A stretch of DNA of 63,785 nucleotides, the filler included, from Collodictyon triciliatum (taxonomy: Eukaryota): NCBI GenBank assembly GCA_043381765.1. It is 13 parts of 13 records of this genome, joined end to end, with 100 filler letters (N's around TTAATTAATTAA, not from the genome) between each part and the next. Parts side by side here need not be neighbours in the genome. Positions count along the whole stretch, not along the records: positions 5,315 to 10,714 come from JBHJMP010005234.1; positions 10,815 to 16,212 come from JBHJMP010005235.1; positions 16,313 to 21,709 come from JBHJMP010005236.1; 10 more parts are not named here. One strand, written 5' to 3'. Under the pieces are notes generated by a model, which saw only the letters and a program-made list of their open reading frames with translations, searched no databases and was not told the DNA's origin. The position numbers and the translations under genes were made by a program. The stretch's first letter is position 1. The number at the start of each line of letters is the position of its first letter. Shown here piece after piece: positions 7,766-19,589 of this stretch.

Positions 7766-10135
7766 ATGGCAACAACCAGCACCGTCCCCACCCAGATGAA
7801 GGCTGCGGTTCTGAAGGACTTTGGAGACTCAAAGGTTCATTACATCCCGTTGATTCCTCTTCTGTTATGCCTTTTTTTTTTTTCACTATTTCTTTTAGTC
7901 CAAATATTTTTCTCATTTTTTTTAAGAGTGGCATTGGTATCTTCCTGTGGCCTGTTTGGCTGCAGTGAACCTGCTGTAAGTCAAACTGGTTGCTTTCAAT
8001 CACTGAACCAATCTGCCCTGAATCATCGTAGAATATTGTGACTGAGCAAGTCCCTGTTCCAGAACCTGCCTCGCAAGAAGTTTTGCTTAAGGTTAGGTGC
8101 CACTCAGCGACTTAGCTCCCTTTCTTATATTGCTTTTGCTATTCTCCTTCCATATTGCTCTCAAGTTGGAAAGTCGTATTCGATTTTTGGGGATACTTGT
8201 TCTAATGCCTGTGTCAAATCGCTGATTGGGAGAAGGTTTTAGCCGCAAGCTTGAATCCTATCGATTGTGAAATGAGGAGAGGGTACGGAAGGTCAATTCT
8301 ATGGTCGAACTCTGGACCTCACAAAATACTCGGAAGAGATTGCGTTGGCACCGTACGTACTTGAAAAATCTCGTACTTTATATTTTAAAACTAACAAGGG
8401 GTAAAGCATTTTTCCTTAATTGTCAAGCAGATCATTTGTCATTCAATTATTATCTCCGGTTTTTTTTTTCCTTCACGCTTCCTAATTGACCGATGTAAAT
8501 ATGTTGATAAAAAGATTATTATTTATTTTAAAGGTTCTCAAAGTTGGAACGAGTGTTTCTCAATTCAAAGAAGGAGATAAAGTTGTATGCGCACTTGACC
8601 CTCGCCAACGAGGTAATTTCTGAATCTTATGTTGATTTTTTTCGAATTTTCTTTGAAATACACCTCACCCGATATCGTGCTAGTTGTGGTGTGAACGCTA
8701 CATTTAATACTTACAAGCCATATCCCTTCGTTCCTTTTGTAAATTATGACACTGCCTTGGAATTGAAGGATGTCACGCAGAGTTCGTCTCCGTGCATGAA
8801 TCGCAAGTGGTTATTTGCCCACCTAGCCTCAGTGATTATGAGGCAGCTTCAATCCCCTACGCATCATTGACAGCATATCGCGCTGCCATAGACATCGCCA
8901 TGGTTGCGCCCTCCAGCCGCGTATTCATCAATGGAGGTTCAGGAGGTGATAATATTTCGATTTTATCCTTCACGTGACAGAATAATCAGATTTTCTGTTG
9001 TTCTCTCCTTGTTTATCCACAGCTATTGGTACATACCTGATTCAATTACTCAAGTCTGAGCGGTACAACTGCCATGTTTCGGCTACTGCTGGGCCAAGCA
9101 ACCAACAAGAACTCATATCTATGGGTGTTGATATACCTCTAGACTACAAGTCCTCTACTTATTCTCAATTAAAAAAATATTTGATTTTCCTCTATAGTTT
9201 CTGTTGCGTTCAGATATTGATCAAAATTTGCATGCATTTTACTACATATTTATATAAAGAGACCCAAAGTATCACGAGAAGTTCGAGCAGGTGGATTCCA
9301 TTATCGACACAATCGGCGGAGCTGAGAACGAGGTCATAAAGATATCTAATTCATCATTCTTTTTTTTTTCCTTTATTCGATTCAATCTAATTCATCATTC
9401 TAAATAGTAACTTGATTATGCTTGTCATCAATTTTCTATTTGTTTACGTAGTCTTATTTCCACTAGGCGCTACTGATTCCTAAGATTAGATCTGGTGGAA
9501 CTTACGTCTCTCTGCACGGCCCTCTTCTCGAGACTGTGGACAGAGTTGGATTACTCATCGGGGTCTTTCAAGCAGGTGCGACCATGGCGTACAGAATCGG
9601 ACGAGCGTTGTTTGAGAGGTAGTCTTACTGTTCAATATTTTTGCTTATGAAATTCGGTTCTTTTAATTTCGTGGTTATTTCATGGTTAATTTTGCTGTTG
9701 CATCTGATCTCTGGAAAAAACATTTACTACTATAGCCATTTGCGACTGATGAATTTTATTCTATTTTTATCTTTATTATCAGAGGCGTTCATTTGCGCTA
9801 TGGGCTGGTCCAACCGCGTGGTGAGTGGCTGAAACTCATTATGGACGATTATGCAAGTGGAGTGATAAAAACCAAGGTTATGATTTGTTGCTGTTTACCA
9901 CGCTTCAAATTGATTATGGTGTATCTGCCGTTCTGGTGCAATGCCGTCGTATTTGTTATGTCAGCTATTTATGATAAATATATTGGCTGGTGTAAGAAGG
10001 CGCTAAAGCTTGGTTCACTCGATTGCCATTTAGGTTGACCCTCAAATCTTCAGCCTAGACGAAGTGGCCTCGGCTCATGACCATTTCGACCAGAAAAAGT
10101 CCCGCGGGAAAGTCATTATCGACTGCACAAAGTAA
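7766..10135 (+). CDS. RTN4IP1: MDR-family NAD(P)H:quinone oxidoreductase, RTN4IP1-like (multi-exon)
   Basis: Exons give MKAAVLKDFG, VLAASLNPIDCEMRRGYG, ILGRDCVGTV, AASIPYASLTAY, VFINGGSG and C-terminal SRGKVII. Confidence 0.75.
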
Positions 10136-10567
10136 AGAGAAAGGAGAGGTATATATTTCGAGCTGCGATACCAGAGTTGGAAACTATGAAGGCCTTGGAG
10201 AATAAAATCTCTTCCATCTGTTAAACGGCCACAAATATTAGAAAATCTCCGCTGTCACTCAATTTACTCATGCATCTTACCGAGTATTCAAATCGATTAA
10301 CTATTGAGGATGGAGAGAAATAAAGCGTAAAACAAGAAGTTAAGCGCAGCATTTGTGAAAACTTTAGCATCTGGGCCGGCAATTTGCAAGATACTAACTA
10401 TGAATTGTGTCATAAAATAACAGCTCTTCTTAGTGCCCAGGGTTTCGGACTCTAGCCAATTTTTGCAACCTTTTCAGCGACAATGTCCAGAGGCAAAAAA
10501 AAGTTCTAGGTATCCGTGCGAGACCATTTCCCATGGAATATGTGGATGACATACACACACCAACACA

Positions 10568-10714
10568 TTTTTTTTTATTCTAAAAGTCTTGGCTGTTGAG
10601 CCCGTCTCAACAATCTTTCATTCAACCATCAGGCAAGTAGTTCCAAAGTAGGTGGTGATGTGTGGGAGATAGAAAAGAAAAACAGGGATAAAGATAAAAG
10701 AAAAAAAAGGGAAA
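10568..10714 (-). mobile_element. Dispersed repeat copy 1: 3' end of a poly(A)-tailed non-LTR retroelement (LINE/SINE-like)
   Basis: Near-identical to 37802-37950. The minus strand ends in AATAAA plus an A tract, contains a stem-loop, and runs into the contig end. Confidence 0.7.
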
Positions 10715-11033
10715 NNNNNNNNNNNNNNNNNNNNNNNNNNNNNNNNNNNNNNNNNNNNTTAATTAATTAANNNNNNNNNNNNNNNNNNNNNNNNNNNNNN
10801 NNNNNNNNNNNNNNAAGAAAAGAAAAAAAGAAAAGAAAAAAAGAAAAGAAAAAAAGAAAAGAAAAAAAGAAAAGAAAAAAAGAAAAGAAAAAAAGAAAAG
10901 AAAAAAGAAAAGAGAAGGAGCAAAACTGAAGAATAGTTTCTTCGTAGTCGCGGCTCCAACCCATTAGCCAGTCATATTCCTTCAAGAACTCAAAGCACAT
11001 ATCTCACAATGAGTTTCCTTCTTTTGAATGTAG

Positions 11034-13199
11034 CATTATGACGGGACAACAGACTCTACTGCAACAATGGATCCAGAGGTATGATTTCAAACCTTTTTGA
11101 AGATAATTGTTGGAAATTAACGCTTTCAAAAAAAATAACTTTCTTCATATGAAAGCGCTATATTGGACAAAAGTAATGAATAATATTCTATCTTTGACTG
11201 GCTTTCCACAGTCCGACAATGACCTGTATCTTGCTTCTCTGTCGTTTCTGGTCATCAATAATTTCATGCCCTCTGATTCTTACTGTTCATGTCTCACAAC
11301 ACACTCCCTTATGTCCTAGAGACGCGAATTCCTTGAGAACGCGTTTAAACAAATGACAGTCGATGTTCCCGGCAGAATGCGCAGCATCATCAACACACTC
11401 AAACTTTCGGTACTTTTTCTTTTTTAGAAAAATCCCTGCGGGTTGAATCTCAAACTGAAAACGCTGGAAGCCACGGTGTATCCACTAACGCAAGATTATT
11501 CTTTACATGAAGGAGAGCGGAACAGCAGAGGAAATTGCAGACGTTCGCCAGAAAAAATACCAAGGTTTGGTTGAATTGGAAGAATACGTGGAAAACATGG
11601 ACTTTGCAAGAGGTAATTGCAAAAAAAATAATAATACAATACCGGTCTGGCTAATCATACGAACTTGAAACCAAAATATTGAACCCATACTTGCAAACCT
11701 AGACAATGTCGCTTTACAATATTTAAGTGCGATAAAATGCTGCACTTTTGTTGGTACACATCACAATTCAGGGTTTCTCGGTGATATTTACTTTTCTTCT
11801 CCAAAATACAATCGTCTAGACCTTCACACAATGGGTGGATTAGAAGTCATCATCGCGATGCTTGGTCATCCCGACACCGAGGTGGCCCATGCATCTGTTT
11901 CAGTCTTCTACGCCGCAACTCAGAACCATCCCACGGTGACAAGCTTGTTGTTATTTTCAATCAGCTCGTCTTTCAAACCTTTTACACCAAACATCCTATT
12001 CCCGACAACTTCTACATCTTGGACTATTTTTTCCACATTGAATTCATGTATACGCACTCAAGCGTGTTGCTACCATCGTTTTGGGACAGAACATAGTTTC
12101 TGAAATCTTTCTCAAATTAACAACAGGTAAAAACTGAAGCATGTCGCTTGGGAGCCATTCCTGCGTTGTCCCAAATATTCAGGGACATTGATATGAACTC
12201 ACCGCCCAATCGCCTTAAGTACTATGCCCAAATCTTTTTGGCTGTCACAGGTGTGTTTCCCTTGCGGCAATACCTTGAACAGGCTTCTCTGCATATAAGG
12301 ACAGTCGACTTTCTGTGGTTGCATTTTGTACATGTTTAACTTCTGCACCTAAAATCTACCACTTTTTGCAGGTATGGTCATAGACACTCCGCCGGTTCTT
12401 TCGTCCTTCTTGCAGAATGGAATACTTCGGAAATCAATCGAGCTGCTTGAAGGGGAGATACAGGAATCCGTTGAGATCCACAAGATACAGCGCAGGCTAC
12501 TGAAGCTTCTCCAAGTATCTCACGATACGCACAACACAGCACAGGTCTCTATTTTTTTTTTCATATTATCCAATCTGATAAACTTCATACGACGAAACCG
12601 ACCCTTCCACATACATATATCAGGCTTCTTGTAAAAATAAGTTAATCTAATCATTTGCAATTCATTTTTTTTTTCACTTGTTTCCATTCAATAATATCTG
12701 GGATTGCAACAGGATGAAATTGCGGCCTCCAATCTGCACGTGGTTCTTCTTGGCCAGATGGGTAAAAGCGAAGACGTCCTGCATCGCGATGCTGTTGTTT
12801 CAACACTTGATCATTTAGCATCTAAAAGCGGTGCCTTCTTGTCAAAGCTCAAATCCGTTCCAAATGTTGTTCAGGTTTGCTTATCAATGAAAGCCGAGTT
12901 CATTTTTCAGATATTTTTTTTGTCTATTTTTATTTATTTTGTCTTTTTTCAATCCACGAAAACCTCAACCGCTGGATTCAAGCACGTATGGTCACCGTTC
13001 TGTGGCCTTGTGCATTGATACAAACATCTTTTAGGCGAGCGACATTGTGCCTTCGTTCGATAATAGTTTTTTCTTCCTTCTTTAACAACAGGTTTTGAAG
13101 AGGCGTCAGCAGGAAATAAGCAGAATGTCAGCCGAGGACAAGGCCTCGTGCGAGGAGGAGACTCAGCATCTGTCCAACTTACTTCTGCTTCTGCAGTAG
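11034..13199 (+). CDS. HSPBP1: Hsp70 nucleotide exchange factor HSPBP1/Fes1 (multi-exon, 5'-partial)
   Basis: Exons MDPE|RREFLENAFKQMTVD, LVELEEYVENMDFARD|LHTMGGL and AATQNHP; armadillo-like helices. Confidence 0.82.
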
Positions 13200-14144
13200 G
13201 AGAAAATAAGTGGAGTGGGATGCGAAAAAGCCTATGTACCCAGTCCTATCTTTTCTCTTCTCCTCATTCTCTTTCCTTTTTTTCATATCTCCCTTTTCTA
13301 TCATAACATATCACACGGAGAAATGATTATCCGTTCATCACTCGGACACACATACTTGTTGCCACCTTGCTGCCGAACTACACCACATCATTCATTTTCA
13401 ATCGAAATCATAATCATAATCATAGTCAATAAGAAGAAAATGAAAACCTTGCAGAAGCAAGTAAGACCAGAGCTATGTCCGCTGCTGGGAGATCATCCTA
13501 AAAAAAAACGAAGAAAAAGAAGACTGGCATTGCGTATCGAAAAAACAAACAAACAACGACTGAATATCTCTGTTCCAAACTTCGTCGAGCCTCTTCGCGC
13601 AGGTGTCAGATATTTCTCTTGTCCTTATCATCACCTGCCTCGATATATCATCACACAATGATGAGAGTCAGACAGGACGAAATCCACCATCGGCTGTGTT
13701 TTCATCCAATCCCAAGACAGACGCCGCTTCAGCTTCTCAGGGACAGCTTGCAAAATATGTGCTTGAAAGCACCGCCACCTTCACCAACGCGTTGAGTAAA
13801 AAGCTCTTGAACCCCAATATCAACCAAAATCAAATAAAAAATAATCATACATGTTGAAAAAGAATAAGAGATAAGAGAGAAAGAGAGAGACAGAGTGTAT
13901 GTGATTTACATGCCAACCATCATTTTCGACCGACGAAAAGCTGTGCTCTGTGATTTATTTGGTTCAAACAGTGACCATTTTGTCTCTATTCGTTACATTC
14001 TCTCTTTTGATACTGTTGTTCCATTTATATACATAAATAGATCCTTTTCATTCAACAATCATTCGATAAAATAAAATAAAACCCATTCAAGCTTTTGTTT
14101 GGCAGTGAAAGAATGGGGTAATTCAATAGTAAACAGTTCAAACT

Positions 14145-15257
14145 CTATATTGCAGCACAGCAACCAACAAGAAGATACCACAGAACACCAACGATACTGC
14201 CTGATGCCAGGATGATAAGAATCAGTCTGTTCATCGTCCAATTGACCGGATACACACGAGAGTGGTTTGCGGGTGTGGGAAGCACGTCGCTTGTTTTGTC
14301 CGTGGTTGGTTGCACAGAACCATCGCTTTCCATCGACCAGATGCTGATGCCAACATGCTGGGTGTTTTCTGGATTCAGCCTCACATGCGGCTCGTCCTTC
14401 AGACCAAAGTTCCTTGATGAAAAGGAGGTTACATCCAACATTTCACCATCACCATTGCGCAAAACTTCAATTGCATAATGGGCGTCACTGGCTGCCGAGA
14501 CACTGCTCTCTCGATTTTTTCGACTTGGTCCGATTGAGGTGGGAGAGAGCTCTCTGTCTGGGGGTTCTATCGGAAAATAGGCTGATTCCTTAACATCCCC
14601 GTGGACCAATGTGTGGGAATCAAACATAGGCAATCCCATGAAATCGACCGCAGTGTAGGACGGAGCAGGAGGCAAAGACACGTGATCAAGAGACCGCTGC
14701 TTGGTGAGGTCATTACAAAGATGCACTTGGAATCGTTGGCGCGGTGGTGACGGGACAAAAGGCCGAGGCGGCGATGTCTGTGTTGCTGGCTGCTCGACTC
14801 CATTCGAACACGAGCGAAACCGCAGACTGGCGTCTGAGTGCGACGTTTGGGTGGCGTTAGAGTCGGACTTTGCATCGCACACAAACTGTGTGCTTCTCTG
14901 TTCTTGCACTCTTGATTTACCTGGAGTCTGATGCCGAAAAGATTGCGCGGCACTTGTCTTTTGAGTCTGCGTCAAAGCCATAGACCCTTTTGTGAAGGGC
15001 CTGTCGTGTGATGTGTTTGTGGGGGTTGCGCGTGGCTTCATTTCGACGCTGATTCGAGGCGGGGGTTTCCTTTCGGTGCGCCGATTGTATTGGACATCGG
15101 TATCCTTTTTCACTACTGTTTTGGTCTTTGTCTGTGAAATGCATGTCCGCTCGTGGATGAGGAGCCTTGCTTTTACAAATCGGCGGTTGCAAGATGGACA
15201 TGCTTTAAAGTCTGTGTCCAAAAGTCCGCATGATTCTTGCGTCCATCCGTCTGGCAT
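14145..15257 (-). CDS. C2HC zinc-finger protein with low-complexity middle and C-terminal hydrophobic segment (probably has upstream exons)
   Basis: ACPSCNRRFVKARLLIHERTC resembles zf-C2HC_2; the C-terminus is LILIILASGSIVGVLWYLLVGCCAAI. Confidence 0.55.
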   Translation of the reverse strand: MPDGWTQESCGLLDTDFKACPSCNRRFVKARLLIHERTCISQTKTKTVVKKDTDVQYNRRTERKPPPRISVEMKPRATPTNTSHDRPFTKGSMALTQTQKTSAAQSFRHQTPGKSRVQEQRSTQFVCDAKSDSNATQTSHSDASLRFRSCSNGVEQPATQTSPPRPFVPSPPRQRFQVHLCNDLTKQRSLDHVSLPPAPSYTAVDFMGLPMFDSHTLVHGDVKESAYFPIEPPDRELSPTSIGPSRKNRESSVSAASDAHYAIEVLRNGDGEMLDVTSFSSRNFGLKDEPHVRLNPENTQHVGISIWSMESDGSVQPTTDKTSDVLPTPANHSRVYPVNWTMNRLILIILASGSIVGVLWYLLVGCCAAI

Positions 15258-16312
15258 GGGCTCCGGATCCTCTTATCGAGAACACGTTTGAAGCAATAGA
15301 GTGGCATGTATGAAATGTAATTTTGAGTGAATACTATTCGATTGCTTCTTATCTTCCTTTGCTGTCACTGAATATTACTTTGTTTTTCAATAGAACATAA
15401 TAAAGCAAACCAAAAGAAACTAGTAAAAAAGAAAAGAAAAGAAAAGAAAAGAAAAGAAAAGAAAAGAAAAGAAAAGAAAAGAAAAGAAAAGAAAGGAAAA
15501 GAAAAGAAAAGAAAGAAAGAAAGAAAATGAAATAAAATAAAAAAAGAAAAGAGGGATATAAATTATAAGTCGTGTTGAACAGGAATGGCATGAATATACT
15601 TTCAGCTCGTCCATCCAACCCAACTCTGCGGCCCTGCTGGTTAGGATCGGTTTTTCTTCCACGGATCCCATTAGGCGGGTTGGCTTATTCTGGTGATCGA
15701 TCAAACCTTTTTTTTGTTTCAACACTTAATCGAGAGAAAACAAAGCCGAGGAAACCGCCTTCGCCTCTAGGACAAGAAATGAGCTGTGGACAAGGCAGTG
15801 GAAAACCGCAGATAGTGTGGTTGGAGATTTTGTTTTGGGTGGAAAGAAAAAGAAAAAGAAAAAGAAAAAGAAAAAGAAAAAGAAAAAGAAAGGAAAAAGA
15901 AAGGAAAAAGAAAATAGAAAGGAGAGATGGTGTTCTCAAACGCGCAGACTATTCTACCCGAGGTGAATCAGCTCCAACGCGATTTCTGGTTGTATTCGAG
16001 GCTGACAGAAGAGCAGATAAAGTTGTCGGGTCGATGAAAGTACGCACATGGCTGTTCCTTCTCAAATCGATTCCGACGAGTCCTTTCAACCGTCTATCTC
16101 AGACAAGGTTTACATCCTATTTCTTTCCACTGGATGAGTCTTTTGAGGAGACAACGGGTCACTTTCCTTGCGTTTCTTGCTGGGCGACTCTGACAAAAAG
16201 CGATGCATCGTTNNNNNNNNNNNNNNNNNNNNNNNNNNNNNNNNNNNNNNNNNNNNTTAATTAATTAANNNNNNNNNNNNNNNNNNNNNNNNNNNNNNNN
16301 NNNNNNNNNNNN

Positions 16313-17492
16313 AAAAACTAACAATATACCATGTCATATTACTCTAGATACTGCATGTTTGATAGATAGCTATTAGTATTAACTGTAAAAACATTATTAC
16401 TGAAGAATATACCAGGATACAAAGAGACACTATGGGATGAGTTCTTTGAAATGAAGAAGAAAGTTTTTCATCAAAGAGACTGCAATTTTAAATACATGAT
16501 ACAAACAGACGGCTTGGCGGTGTCATTATTGTTTGGAAAGAAAGGCATTTCAAATTCAAAATTCAAATATAATCAAAAAGAAGCCAAGAATATGTTTATA
16601 TATGAACTTTCTAAAGTGCAGTTATCTTTATTAGCGAAATAATAGTTGCAGTGGACGCAGGCAAGTTTAATTTGGTTTACGTGGTGGATGAGACAGGTAA
16701 GAAATTACGTTACACAGCACACCAAAGAAGACATGATAACAAATCTCTTAAAAATCACAAAATACTCTTGTATGAGAAAGAAAATAAATGTACAATGCTT
16801 CAGGGATATGCATGGCAACAGATTTACAAAGTGCTGTTTCTTTTGGTGCCCTGACTTTAGAAGAGAATCAGCAGTTTGAGACATCAAGAGTATCTTTAAT
16901 CGATTTAGAGACAAAACCGAGTAAACATAACTCATGCACTGTCGATTATGAATAATTTCGAAAATATTTATCTATGAAATCAAGATACCAGATAGAATTT
17001 TCCAGATTTTATAAACAAGTAACTTTTCGAAAGATGATATGGAGGCAGGATGTTAATATAAAAAGAAGTGAACAGTTGTTTATGGACAGCATCGAAAAGA
17101 CATTTGGCGATGATGTTGTACTGGCGTATGGAGACTGGAGCAGAAAATCTCCGATGAAACATTTTATGCCAACAATCGGAAGAGGATTACGAGAAATACT
17201 ATCCAAACGTTTTGAAACAGTCACCGTGGATTATTTCAGAACCGCCAAAATGTGTTGCAACGGCGAAAAAGAACTGGAATATATGAAACTGAAAGGAAAT
17301 ACAAAAAAAAAAGTGTATAGATATCTCATATGTAAAGAATGCAACCGCTCAGAAAGCAAACAAAGTGTATTCTTGACAAGGGACTTTAAGAGCGCTTATA
17401 GTACACTCAAGAAAGTTCTTTTAATCCTTCAAAATATGCATACAACTCGCTCTAAAAAAACAGGCTGTCGGGTTCTCTCCTGGCAGCCTTAA
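16313..17492 (+). pseudogene. Fanzor1 (eukaryotic TnpB-like RNA-guided nuclease), degraded and 5'-truncated
   Basis: Across frameshifts: TNNIPCHITLDT, MIQTDGLAVSLLF, RuvC-I IVAVDAG, LAYGDWS...HFMPTIGRGLR, RuvC-II VDYFRTAKMCC, zinc finger LICKEC and RuvC-III LTRDFKSA. Has several stops/frameshifts, a probable ~100-bp insertion near 16790-16895, and no introns. Confidence 0.88.
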
Positions 17493-17602
17493 CCACCATA
17501 CGATCTTTGTGAAAAAAGTGGGGAGACCTTGGATACTAGCGCACCAGGTTTACCATTCAAAAGAATGGTATACCCCTCCTAGTTTAGATGAAATAAAAAC
17601 AT
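17455..17602 (+). ncRNA. Putative Fanzor omegaRNA scaffold plus flanking guide
   Basis: 11-bp stem 17462-72/17479-89 with two G-U pairs; its loop UCUCU is complementary to GGAGA at 17522-26. Second stem TACCATTC-AAAA-GAATGGTA at 17551-70. The position at the Fanzor 3' end is as expected; boundaries are inferred. Confidence 0.55.
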
Positions 17603-17686
17603 GAAAAGAGACGAAGGAAGCAGAAAGTGCTACTGCGAACGTTCGCTGACAGGTGGCTCCATAAAGGGTATTCTCCTTTGGCACTG

Positions 17687-19383
17687 ATGGCCCTCACGGA
17701 GGTTTTTGTTGAGCACCGCAGCCACATCGCGGATTCTGTTTTCTCGCTCGTCTGCTTTGTTGTTGCGACGGCCGCTTTGGATTCGATCGAGCCGACTCAT
17801 CAGCAGTTCGATCCATACGGTGCAGACTCCCGCCTGCTGCTTTGCCTTTGTTTTAAGTGCTTGTCTCTCGCATGTTGCACGAAGTGTAACTCACTCGGCT
17901 TTAGATCCTGACATCAGCTACAAAAATACTGCGGGCACTGTGACGAGTTTGCAGCTGTCTCTGATTTCGTTTGCTGCTCCTTTGGCGATCTTGATTGCCC
18001 TTCACTTTGGATATCGCCACCAGGTGTGTGTTTTCTTCTTCTTGGTCTTTTTCTTCTTTTCTTGTTCTTCCTTATGGTTCTTTTGTAGTGCGCTCGACCA
18101 TGTTGTCGCTGTATTCACCTTGGCCTCTTGTTTGTATCTCACTTCTAACATAGCACTAAACATGACAATATAAACATATGTATAAAAAAAAGTATGTGAA
18201 TGAATTAATGAATGAATAAACAATGTCGAGCGAAGGAAAGATCCAAAAAGCAGCTAATTACTAGAGCCTGCTGCCTCTGGTATGCCATCGGACTTACATC
18301 GATCCTGACCAATATTGTTAAGGTTAAGTGACCATGGCATCAGACGTTCTCTTTTATATTCTTGTCTACTCCTTCTACTTCTCAACTATTGTGAAGAGAA
18401 TACTCCCTTGATCAACATACCGACAAATATGGCATAGATTTCTCTTGGAGAACTCAGGCCTGATTTTCTGGACAGATGCAAGCCCATCCCAGGCTCGACT
18501 ATATGCACAGGCGACGAACAGGATGTACGCGACGGTCGAAAATCCTTCCCCTCTGGTGCTGTTTACTTACTCTTCTCTTTTCTCCTCATGCCCTCCGATA
18601 TGTCCTATTATCTTCTCGCTTTGCATTGTCCGGTTAGCTGATTTACAAATGCAACATGCGATATCGTATCCTCTGTCTTATTTTCCAAAGAAAAATTATT
18701 TGCTCGAGATGTTACTTGCATCTAATCATTGCATCTTGGATTCACTCCTGTCTCTGGTCCCTTCAGGACACGCATCTTATTCCTTTGCTGGCTGCACGTT
18801 CATCACAATTGTTCTTCTTCAGGAACTCAGACCGTATTCCCAAATTAACGTCCGCCGTGCCCCATTTATTCGCTTCTGTGCATCCACGTGGCCCCTGGGT
18901 GATTACTCAAGATGATTCCATAACCACATTTCAAGGATATTATGCATGTCCTTTTCCTAATTACAGTGTTTGGTACAAAAAAAAAAAGTGAATAAATATG
19001 GGCCATTATAATTAGATATATTTATAAATTTCTCATGCAGTTATCGCGGCGCTGGTTGGGGTCAGTCGAGTCACAGATAATCGGTAAATAAAACAAGCAT
19101 TACCAACCACCGCATCTCTTTCTTCTCTCCTTTTTTCTTGGGTTGGTCTCTTTACTTTGGTGCCAAAAGCTGGCGCCGAGACCCTGATGCCATTCATCTC
19201 CGCCTCAGGCACCATCCCCATGATGTCATCGTTGGCAGTGCCTTGGGCATAGTTGTGGCCGTTTTGTGTTCCTATCTCTACAGAGGAGACGACACAGATG
19301 AAATGTCGAACACAAACTATCTCAAGCAAGAGGATAACACTTCAGGGTCTAGCGTCCAAGAGCATATGCTCGCAGATAGCTAA
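17687..19383 (+). CDS. PAP2-superfamily lipid phosphate phosphatase (multi-exon)
   Basis: Catalytic motifs K|ISLGELRPDF, SFPSG|HAS and SRVTDNR|HHPHDV. Confidence 0.92.
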
Positions 19384-19589
19384 GAGAATACTTTCCAGTA
19401 TATTCTTGAGGGAAAAAAAAACTGCTTTGTTCTTGACAAGTAATAATTTATTGAATAGATTTCTTGATGTATATAATGCACAAAGTTAATTTGTTTTGGT
19501 TAGTTGACTATGTAGATTTTTTTTTTTTTGCACTCGAAAATAATTCTTTTTTTTTTCTTTGTCCTTTTATTTGTGAGTAATGTTGCTTG

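Noticed and set aside
13440-13860. Short ORFs between HSPBP1 and the C2HC gene
   Set aside because: No recognisable motif or consistent exon chain.
1-17602. Fanzor as cargo of the PLV-like element
   Set aside because: They are on different contigs, and the Fanzor abuts a host intron-containing PAP2 gene.
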